DNA of 64,000 nt from a virus. Position 1 is the stretch's first letter, and each line of letters begins with the position of its first letter. Of this stretch, positions 57,279 to 64,000 are shown in pieces. Both the position numbers and the translations under genes were made by a program. The notes beneath the pieces are model-generated. The model was not told where the DNA came from and ran no database searches. It saw only the letters and a list, made by a program, of their open reading frames with translations. The stretch lies in the IMG/VR virus record IMGVR_UViG_3300025652_000049, positions 12,424 through 76,423 of that record; one strand, written 5' to 3'.

Positions 57279-57484
57279 GAACTAGTGGGGCTATACCTCG
57301 CCCGCCTGTTCTAATTCCAAAACCTCTTGTGAAGGTGGTGGCTTTGCCGCCGCCACCTCCACTATTGAGGAAAGAGATATCTGAAGATGATATCCCAGAG
57401 GATGAGAAGACAGTATTCGATATGACTACTGAAGAATTAAATAACCTGCCCCCTAATGGGCCTCATCAAGATCCACCTTTTTAA
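57275..57484 (+). CDS. -1 frame extension of the SSB gene ending in an acidic tail ...QDPPF (candidate frameshift product)
   Basis: Open frame 57242-57484 with no early ATG. Its stop overlaps the next ATG (TAATG). Confidence 0.6.
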   Translation, partial: VRTSGAIPRPPVLIPKPLVKVVALPPPPPLLRKEISEDDIPEDEKTVFDMTTEELNNLPPNGPHQDPPF

Positions 57485-57852
57485 TGCATTTATTTATAGC
57501 AAAATCTGATAAGGGAATAATAGTACCTGTTGAAGAAAACAAATTGATTTTTTGGAATAAACTGCTTGGCGATTATGAAAAGCAAGACATGTGTTTTAAA
57601 GTTACTATTGAGTTAGTTGGTAAAAATATTAACCAGGCTCAACAAAAACTTTATAATGCATTTATTATTAGGGCTTCGGAACATTATGGAAACTCCTTTT
57701 ATGAAATGGAAACAATGCTTCATATCCTGAAACCTATGGATATAAATAAGAGAGCTATTTCTGTTGAGAGATGGAGTACAACGCAGTTGAATGCTTTTAT
57801 AGACAAAGCTAATTCATTGTTATTAGAAGTAGATTCAACCTTTAAATTTTAA
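57484..57852 (+). CDS. NinB/Orf-like recombination protein (tentative)
   Basis: INQAQQKLYNAFII...STTQLNAFID pattern. Confidence 0.5.
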   Translation: MHLFIAKSDKGIIVPVEENKLIFWNKLLGDYEKQDMCFKVTIELVGKNINQAQQKLYNAFIIRASEHYGNSFYEMETMLHILKPMDINKRAISVERWSTTQLNAFIDKANSLLLEVDSTFKF

Positions 57853-57857
57853 ACCCG

Positions 57858-58019
57858 ATGATATATTTGATTATAGCGCAAATAGCTCGTGGGGCTATTG
57901 TTTGGACTACAAATGCTTTAGCTAGGAAGATACTTAAAACGGTTGTCGTTGGTTCGATAACATTCTACCTAGTGGAGAGAGTTAAGAAGCAAAAGCAAAT
58001 CGATGAAAAACGTAGATAA
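57858..58019 (+). CDS. 53-aa amphipathic/basic protein
   Basis: MIYLIIAQIARGAIVW... fills the gap. Confidence 0.45.
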   Translation: MIYLIIAQIARGAIVWTTNALARKILKTVVVGSITFYLVERVKKQKQIDEKRR

Positions 58020-59379
58020 AATAACTCCTACAAAAAGTCAAAAAAAATTAATTCATAAGTTCAAAAAGTTTTTTGAAAGTTCTGAAAAATATTTTCTTTT
58101 AACTGGTAAGCCGGGCGTTGGTAAAACTACGATTGTACAAATAATATTAGAGCATCTTATAAAGTTGGATCGTGAGAACGACAATAGAGATAACCCTAAT
58201 GTTGCGGGAATAACATTAGCTCACCGAGCAAAGAACGTGCTTGGTGAGTTTGTTCCCAATGTATTTACTTTTGCTAAGGCTTATGGAATGAAAGAGCTTT
58301 ACGACGATAACGGAGCTAGAAAATTTGTATATGATAAGTATGCAAATGATAAGGGAGTTGTTGGCGATAAACAGGTTCCAGCATTTGTACACGATGAGGT
58401 GTCACAATACACTAAGGAAATGCTTGGAATAGTAATGGAAAGAACCAGTATGTTTTCTAAAGTTATTTTTATAGGTGATATTGCTCAACTACCTCCTATA
58501 GATGCAGAAGGAGAAATGGAAGTAGACGAAGATTCACCTGTATTTGATTTGGACTTACCAGATTATTGTAGACATGAACTTACAGAGCGTGTTCGACAAA
58601 AAGAAGGTAATTCTCTTCTTGATTTAACTGATATTATCCGAGAGGAAATACTAGGAGGTCAAAGCATTCAAAGAATGATGCATGCTATCTCAGAACCAAT
58701 AATGAAAGATGGAAAAGGATTTGGACATATTACATATCCTGATTTCCTTAATCATTATGAATCTAGAGATCCAGAAGATACAAGACTCATTGCTTGTAGA
58801 AACAAAACAGTAAAATACTTTAATAATAACATTAGAGATTACCTTTTCAGAAATCCAACCGAAGCTGTAATCAATGATGATTTTATATGTATGACTGACA
58901 ATTTTAAGGGAAATTGTCCACCGCCAAACCAAGGAACTTTTTATTTATATAATTCTGATTCTTTTAAGGTTACTGGTGTCCATACTAAAGTTGTGTCATT
59001 TAATACCTCTATTAAAAAGTATTACATAGAATGCTTTCAAAGTGGTATTTTAAATGATGTTTACAAGATGTTTTTAACTCCAACTCCAAATGGATTTATT
59101 GAGTACCAAAAAGCTTTAAATGAACTTGGTTCAGCTTGTAAGTCTCGTAAAATGAAGTGGTCTGAATTTTGGGATTTTAAAGATAGTTTTTGTCAATATA
59201 CATATGGTTATTGCATAACTGCCTATAAAGCTCAAGGGAGTACTTTTAAAACTGTTTATGTAGATATCAACGATATACTTATGACTGGTCCTCTTACGCC
59301 AAAGAGGGCATTGCAAACTGCATACACAGCTATTTCAAGAGCTCAAGAAGATGTTTACTTTTTAAAAGGAAAAAGATGA
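58003..59379 (+). CDS. SF1B helicase (Dda/RecD-like)
   Basis: GKPGVGKTT, HDEVSQ, GDIAQLPPI, LTERVRQ, TAYKAQGST and YTAISRA. Confidence 0.9.
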   Translation: MKNVDKITPTKSQKKLIHKFKKFFESSEKYFLLTGKPGVGKTTIVQIILEHLIKLDRENDNRDNPNVAGITLAHRAKNVLGEFVPNVFTFAKAYGMKELYDDNGARKFVYDKYANDKGVVGDKQVPAFVHDEVSQYTKEMLGIVMERTSMFSKVIFIGDIAQLPPIDAEGEMEVDEDSPVFDLDLPDYCRHELTERVRQKEGNSLLDLTDIIREEILGGQSIQRMMHAISEPIMKDGKGFGHITYPDFLNHYESRDPEDTRLIACRNKTVKYFNNNIRDYLFRNPTEAVINDDFICMTDNFKGNCPPPNQGTFYLYNSDSFKVTGVHTKVVSFNTSIKKYYIECFQSGILNDVYKMFLTPTPNGFIEYQKALNELGSACKSRKMKWSEFWDFKDSFCQYTYGYCITAYKAQGSTFKTVYVDINDILMTGPLTPKRALQTAYTAISRAQEDVYFLKGKR

Positions 59380-60230
59380 TTGATTACACAACTCCGTTCT
59401 TAGCCCCTAAATACAAAGAGGAAAGAACACAGCTAGATTTTAGTGATAAGGTTGCATTGCTTGATGCAGATAAGTGGAAGCACTTGGCTTGTATCAAAAT
59501 GCATAGTGAGATTGAAATCGGGAAAAAACACAGTAAGAAAAGGCTTCATGAGATTGTCAATGAATATCTTGAAAAAGATGTTTTTGAACGATTTAAAGCT
59601 AAGTCTTATGTGTTTTGTTTCTCAGCACCTAGAGCTAAGACATTCCGTAACGGTATGGCTCAGGAGAAGAAGTATAAAGGCAATAGAGATAACACTGAAG
59701 ATAAACAGTATTACATTGAGAAGTACGATGATATGGCAGAAGTATATACATATATACGCTCTAGATACACAGTATTACTTTATGATGATATTGAAGCTGA
59801 TGATTTGCTTTCAATGTTACAGCTTCCAGACAAGACCTTTATCTATTCAACTGATAAGGATCTGAAACAAGTTCCGGGCTTTCACTATAACATTAAACTT
59901 CATCTTCTAGAACTTACAACTCCAGAAGAAGGTATTTCTCTTTTAATTAAGCAAGTACTTAAAGGTGATGTTGTAGATAATTTTGGAGGTCTCAAAGGAT
60001 TTGGAGAGAAGGCTTTAGAAAAGTTTGAAGAAGAAACTGAAGGGCAAAGTCCTCAATTATTACTTTTTCAGGCTATTCAAAAGTTTATTGATAAGTTTGG
60101 TCTAACAGACGGTATTGATACATTTGTAGAAATGTGGTCAATAGCTTCTATGAAAATCAATAGAGGCGCTTATCTTCAGGAGAAATATGCTTCTGCATTT
60201 ATGACCGTCAAAGGACTTACTGATGATTAA
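59376..60230 (+). CDS. 5'-3' exonuclease / flap endonuclease (T7 gp6/T5 D15-like)
   Basis: LLDAD, YKGNR, IEADD, STDKDLKQ and GDVVDNFGG. Confidence 0.9.
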   Translation: MIDYTTPFLAPKYKEERTQLDFSDKVALLDADKWKHLACIKMHSEIEIGKKHSKKRLHEIVNEYLEKDVFERFKAKSYVFCFSAPRAKTFRNGMAQEKKYKGNRDNTEDKQYYIEKYDDMAEVYTYIRSRYTVLLYDDIEADDLLSMLQLPDKTFIYSTDKDLKQVPGFHYNIKLHLLELTTPEEGISLLIKQVLKGDVVDNFGGLKGFGEKALEKFEEETEGQSPQLLLFQAIQKFIDKFGLTDGIDTFVEMWSIASMKINRGAYLQEKYASAFMTVKGLTDD

Positions 60231-60471
60231 CCTTATAGTAGCATTAAAGTTACATGAAGTCGGCCCAGACAACTTTATACTTAGTGGCATCGAAGATGAT
60301 GATACTGGTAAGTGGTCTGCGGCTATCTTCGAACTAACAAGTGATTACTGTTTAGGAACTACTCTATACGCTTTAGATACATATATCTTTAGAAGTAGAG
60401 CTTCCGCAGTTGCAGAACTTCAACGTCAGCTTGAAATAGCTGATCAGACAATACGAATAATGTCAAATTAA
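60223..60471 (+). CDS. Hypothetical protein
   Basis: 82-aa ORF. Confidence 0.55.
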   Translation: MINLIVALKLHEVGPDNFILSGIEDDDTGKWSAAIFELTSDYCLGTTLYALDTYIFRSRASAVAELQRQLEIADQTIRIMSN

Positions 60472-60477
60472 AACAAG

Positions 60478-61629
60478 ATGAGCACAGAAATTAAAGAAAC
60501 AGGTAAATTATCAAAAGAGCAAATTGCTCAATTTGGAGTTGTAAAAGACAACTATGAATTTCTTACAACAAGATTAACAGCTAAGGATATGAATTCTTTC
60601 AATCCAATGGTTACAGAGCTGATGAACTTACAGTCATTTGAATCTAACCTAGAGTTGGTTCTTGATGATGATGGAAATTTCAATAAAGAAAATATCCAAT
60701 TATTTACAGATACAAAAGTAGCTGTTGGTAAATATAGAGCTGCTGTTAAGTTGGCGGCTAAAGAAATAAAAGCACCTCAACTTCTAGTTAACAAGGCTAT
60801 TATTTCTATTGAGAAAAAATTCATTGAAGAAGCTACAACAGTACTCGATAAAGTTCTTGCAAAGTTTGACCCTTGGGTAAAGGCAGAAAATCAAAAGAAA
60901 ATTGATAAAGAAGCTGCCAGAGACAAGAAACTAATCGATGCTAAAAATAAAGCTGAAGCTGAGGTTGCTGAACAGAAAGCAAAGAATGACCTTATCGGAA
61001 TTTACAATACGATTAAATATGAACGTATTGCAGAGAACATAAGCATCATGGCTAGTACTGTTTCGGTTGATGGAAACAAACTTGCCGTTGAGCAATCTAA
61101 AGGTATTATAACCTCTTATTCTCTTGAGAGCTTAACTGCTGATTTAGATTTTGCTTTGTTATCACAAGAACAACAAGGAGAGTTGCATATATCTTTTAAT
61201 AACGCTCAAAAGAATGCTATTGCATTGCTTGATACTAGACTAACATCTATGGCCACTGCTGAGGCAAACATTGCTCTAGAGGCTAAAATTGAGGCAGTAA
61301 TACCTCCCCCTGTATCTGTTGCACCTCAGATACCTTCACCTCAACCAATAGAACAAGTACTTGCTAAAACTGGTACTGGTACACTTACATCAATGGACGA
61401 AGCTGTTACTAAAATAGCAGCTGCTCTAGGTGACATACCTTTGCCTCCTGGTGTAACATTGCCTGTTGAAATTGTAGATGAAAACGGAGTTACTTTAAGT
61501 AACGATGACTTCCTTGTTTGGGTTTGTGATAAACTTCGGTTTATTGAAAGAGCTCTTGACGATAGGATTAAGACATCTAAAGTTCCTGATCCTAGAATTG
61601 TACATATACGAAAGAATTTGAACCAATAA
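60478..61629 (+). CDS. Coiled-coil protein (DUF1351-like, tentative)
   Basis: Long heptad region: KVAVGKYR...KEIKAP...IEK. Confidence 0.55.
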   Translation: MSTEIKETGKLSKEQIAQFGVVKDNYEFLTTRLTAKDMNSFNPMVTELMNLQSFESNLELVLDDDGNFNKENIQLFTDTKVAVGKYRAAVKLAAKEIKAPQLLVNKAIISIEKKFIEEATTVLDKVLAKFDPWVKAENQKKIDKEAARDKKLIDAKNKAEAEVAEQKAKNDLIGIYNTIKYERIAENISIMASTVSVDGNKLAVEQSKGIITSYSLESLTADLDFALLSQEQQGELHISFNNAQKNAIALLDTRLTSMATAEANIALEAKIEAVIPPPVSVAPQIPSPQPIEQVLAKTGTGTLTSMDEAVTKIAAALGDIPLPPGVTLPVEIVDENGVTLSNDDFLVWVCDKLRFIERALDDRIKTSKVPDPRIVHIRKNLNQ

Positions 61630-61639
61630 TTTAATACAT

Positions 61640-62410
61640 ATGATTACATTAAAATTTCCTTCGATTGACAAAGCCCTTTTAAAAGACGTGAAAGGGCTTT
61701 CAGAAGATGATCCCAAAAAAGGGATAATTGTACTTGACAAATATGCAATAGTACATAACAGAAACTTCACGTTTGTAATAAATTTATATGAGTATTTCAC
61801 TATTGAATGTGGTATTACAGAAGCCGAGGATTTAGATGAGCTTAATGCTATTTTATTTTATATGAATGGAAGAAGTTTTAATAAAGAGTTTTGGTCAGAA
61901 CTTAATAAAGGAGCTAACATGAAAATGCAAACTGGTGCCTTATACATTGAGAACCCAAAATACTCTAAGGATTTACATCACAACTTTGCTGATGTAAATT
62001 TATTAATGCCATTAGATGAATTGCTTGGCGCTTCTATTCAAGTTGAAAACGTAGTTCCGGTTATCTCATTACCTTTTGGTGCATTAAAATCTATTTATGA
62101 TTGTATGCCAGCTGATTTTAAAGTTGATGATATCATATTAGAGTTTGCTTCTCAAAGTAAAATAGTAAAATTTACTTTTAAAAATCGTAAGCATTGCTTT
62201 GGTTTTATAGAACCTGACTATCAATCTTCTCAAGAAGGTTACAGGTTTCATGAGCTTGAGCAAATGATGGAGAATGAAACTATTTTATCTAGCTTAGAGG
62301 AATGGAGAGAGAAAATGACAATAAAGAATGCTGTTCCACCTCCACCTCCAACTATGCAGGTAGTGAAAGACGACGACCAACAAACAATGTTTGATAAAGA
62401 TGGGCAGTAG
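61640..62410 (+). CDS. Divergent sliding-clamp-like protein (tentative)
   Basis: GIIVLDKYAIVHN and IILEF...IVKF...GFIEP resemble beta-clamp domain termini; QQTMF tail. Confidence 0.4.
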   Translation: MITLKFPSIDKALLKDVKGLSEDDPKKGIIVLDKYAIVHNRNFTFVINLYEYFTIECGITEAEDLDELNAILFYMNGRSFNKEFWSELNKGANMKMQTGALYIENPKYSKDLHHNFADVNLLMPLDELLGASIQVENVVPVISLPFGALKSIYDCMPADFKVDDIILEFASQSKIVKFTFKNRKHCFGFIEPDYQSSQEGYRFHELEQMMENETILSSLEEWREKMTIKNAVPPPPPTMQVVKDDDQQTMFDKDGQ

Positions 62411-63119
62411 TTTCAAGGCACCAAACGTCACTGCTGAAAATGATGGCGAGAAAGAGTTTAGATGGTACTGCGAAGAGCTTAAAAAGTATGGTTGGCTTAA
62501 AGATTTCACTAGAGAGCCAGAAACTTTTAAAGTTCTAGATCCTTTCGTAGCATTAAGAGAGGTACACCATAAATCTAAAGACAATACAATACAGAATTTT
62601 AATTTATTACGTCCTGTTAATTATACGTATGACTTTAGACTGGTGTGGAATCCTATTGCTTTGTACATTTTTACAGAGATATATCAAGAAGGAGAAGCTT
62701 TCCGATTTGGAAAGCCTCCATTTATATCTCATCGTCTTGAACTTTTTGGAAGAATGGAAATTGTTACTTATGTCGATGTGAAGCCTCACAGCTCTGCCAC
62801 TCAAAGAGGAGCTAGAACATCTTCAAGTTATAGTTTTCCGTTCATTCAAAAGATGCTTATGCATCTTCATGGATTGTATATAAATAAGATTATACCATCA
62901 CCAGACAATAAGAAAGATGGCGTAAACACTTGTTTGTTTGCAACGACCTTTACGCCTAACAGGTATTTGTTTACCGAAGGAGGTGGTTCAATGAGAAAGC
63001 TACATCATATGCCTATTAAAATAGAATCTTTTACAAAAAAGAAAGGGGCAATAATTCAAAAGATGTTAGCTGATATCGAGAATAAAAATTTAAAGAATAA
63101 TCAAAACCAATTATTTTGA
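62391..63119 (+). CDS. PD-(D/E)XK nuclease (DUF1064-like)
   Basis: YTYDF...YVDVKP; ends QNQLF. Confidence 0.65.
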   Translation: MIKMGSSFKAPNVTAENDGEKEFRWYCEELKKYGWLKDFTREPETFKVLDPFVALREVHHKSKDNTIQNFNLLRPVNYTYDFRLVWNPIALYIFTEIYQEGEAFRFGKPPFISHRLELFGRMEIVTYVDVKPHSSATQRGARTSSSYSFPFIQKMLMHLHGLYINKIIPSPDNKKDGVNTCLFATTFTPNRYLFTEGGGSMRKLHHMPIKIESFTKKKGAIIQKMLADIENKNLKNNQNQLF

Positions 63120-63346
63120 AAATAGTTTTTAAACGCCGTCGAAGGATATCTCATCTTTCGGCGGTAATTAAACCAATAGCTTATAATTTACTTTTCACAA
63201 ACAGTCCTGGTTTATCTACTAGTAGCATAAATCCAATTGAATGTATTAACAGCTTGCGAGACACATACGGTATTCGCGCGACTGCTAAAATGATTATAGG
63301 CAGCAATGGGAAATTAAATGGATATAAATATAAAAATGAAATTTAA
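63116..63346 (+). CDS. Hypothetical protein
   Basis: 76 aa, TTG start overlapping the upstream stop. Confidence 0.4.
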   Translation: MKIVFKRRRRISHLSAVIKPIAYNLLFTNSPGLSTSSINPIECINSLRDTYGIRATAKMIIGSNGKLNGYKYKNEI

Positions 63347-63419
63347 GTTATGACTTATATACCAAAATGTAGATGTAAAACAAAAACAATAAGTAGTAAA
63401 ACATATATTGTAAAAATGT

Positions 63420-63986
63420 GTGCTGCTTGTAAGAATGAGCTTAAAAACACTCAAGTTTGTGGCAGTGTTAACTAAAGTGAAAAATCTTTCTATACTTCTT
63501 AGGTACTTTGAAGAGTTATATAAAATAGTAGACAATCATTTTCCTGAAGAAATAACTTGGGAGAATTGTAAGACATATAACTTTAAACTAGACTACAAGC
63601 ATCCTAAGTGGGTTAATGATAGTTTCCCTTTAACATTAATCTACTGGAAGCCTGTAGCTGGTAAACTTAGAGATTCTAAGAGTTGGAAAGTAATGTACCA
63701 AAATAATCAGAATGTTTTAAGTCAACTTGTTTGGACGGCAAATCAATTCGGAATGTATTATAGGAAAAACAAACATAAAGGTTTTTCTAATATTGTCGCA
63801 GCTGTTAATGCCGAAGAAGGAGAATTAATAAACATGTATCCTGATCGTCAAAAACTTAAGAAGTATAAAAACTTCAAAGAGTTTAGAATGATTCATGCGC
63901 CAAAGTCTTTACATATAAAGGCTCTATGCGAGGTACTAGAAGAAAATTACCCTTGCGATTCAAGAGGTCAATTAAGAATGTTTTAA
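63420..63986 (+). CDS. Hypothetical protein ending GQLRMF (start uncertain)
   Basis: ORF with a clamp-binding-like C-terminus. Confidence 0.55.
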   Translation: MLLVRMSLKTLKFVAVLTKVKNLSILLRYFEELYKIVDNHFPEEITWENCKTYNFKLDYKHPKWVNDSFPLTLIYWKPVAGKLRDSKSWKVMYQNNQNVLSQLVWTANQFGMYYRKNKHKGFSNIVAAVNAEEGELINMYPDRQKLKKYKNFKEFRMIHAPKSLHIKALCEVLEENYPCDSRGQLRMF

Positions 63987-64000
63987 ATAAACAATTATGT

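Noticed and set aside
1-64000. Stop-codon reassignment (TAG/TGA recoding seen in some Crassvirales)
   Set aside because: Long genes are intact in code 11, and TAG and TGA serve as real stops (for example MCP ends TAG, GroEL ends TGA).
1-64000. Integrase/prophage, diversity-generating retroelement or retron
   Set aside because: No recombinase or reverse transcriptase motifs, no host genes and no TR/VR repeat pair seen in this window.

Overview
The window is a 64-kb piece of an AT-rich, lytic, crAss-like (Crassvirales-type) podophage, probably infecting a Bacteroidota/Flavobacteriaceae host. The host inference rests on TAnnTTTG promoter boxes, AT-rich starts without Shine-Dalgarno sequences and Gln+1 signal peptides. 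The standard genetic code fits. Two arms diverge at about 35.2-35.3 kb. The left arm (minus strand) is the late block: GroES-like, Acb2/Tad1-like, GroEL, KTSC, probable TerS, TerL, portal, scaffold, MCP, three conserved head/neck genes, IHF-like, tail tube, fibres, lysis cassette, tail stabilization protein and ejection proteins, one with a lysozyme-like domain. The right arm (plus strand) starts with early genes: many small membrane proteins, an RNAP alpha-CTD-like miniprotein, an outer-membrane beta-barrel, a helicase-N6-MTase fusion and PcfK(AcrIIA9-like)/PcfJ. Replication genes follow: DnaB, HU x2, SSB, NinB-like, Dda/RecD-like helicase, 5'-3' exonuclease, clamp-like protein and a PD-(D/E)XK nuclease. 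The most striking non-ORF signals lie at the start of the early arm: a complete type III hammerhead ribozyme (35847-35895), a tRNA-like mini-RNA (37062-37108), a repeated AAACTCATAAAA motif, GATC-loop palindromes, and an antisense wHTH gene flanked by inverted and direct repeats. There are also two candidate programmed -1 frameshifts, one adding a hidden acidic DPPF tail to the SSB and one truncating a tail fibre. All calls were made by eye from motifs and synteny; no database searches were run.
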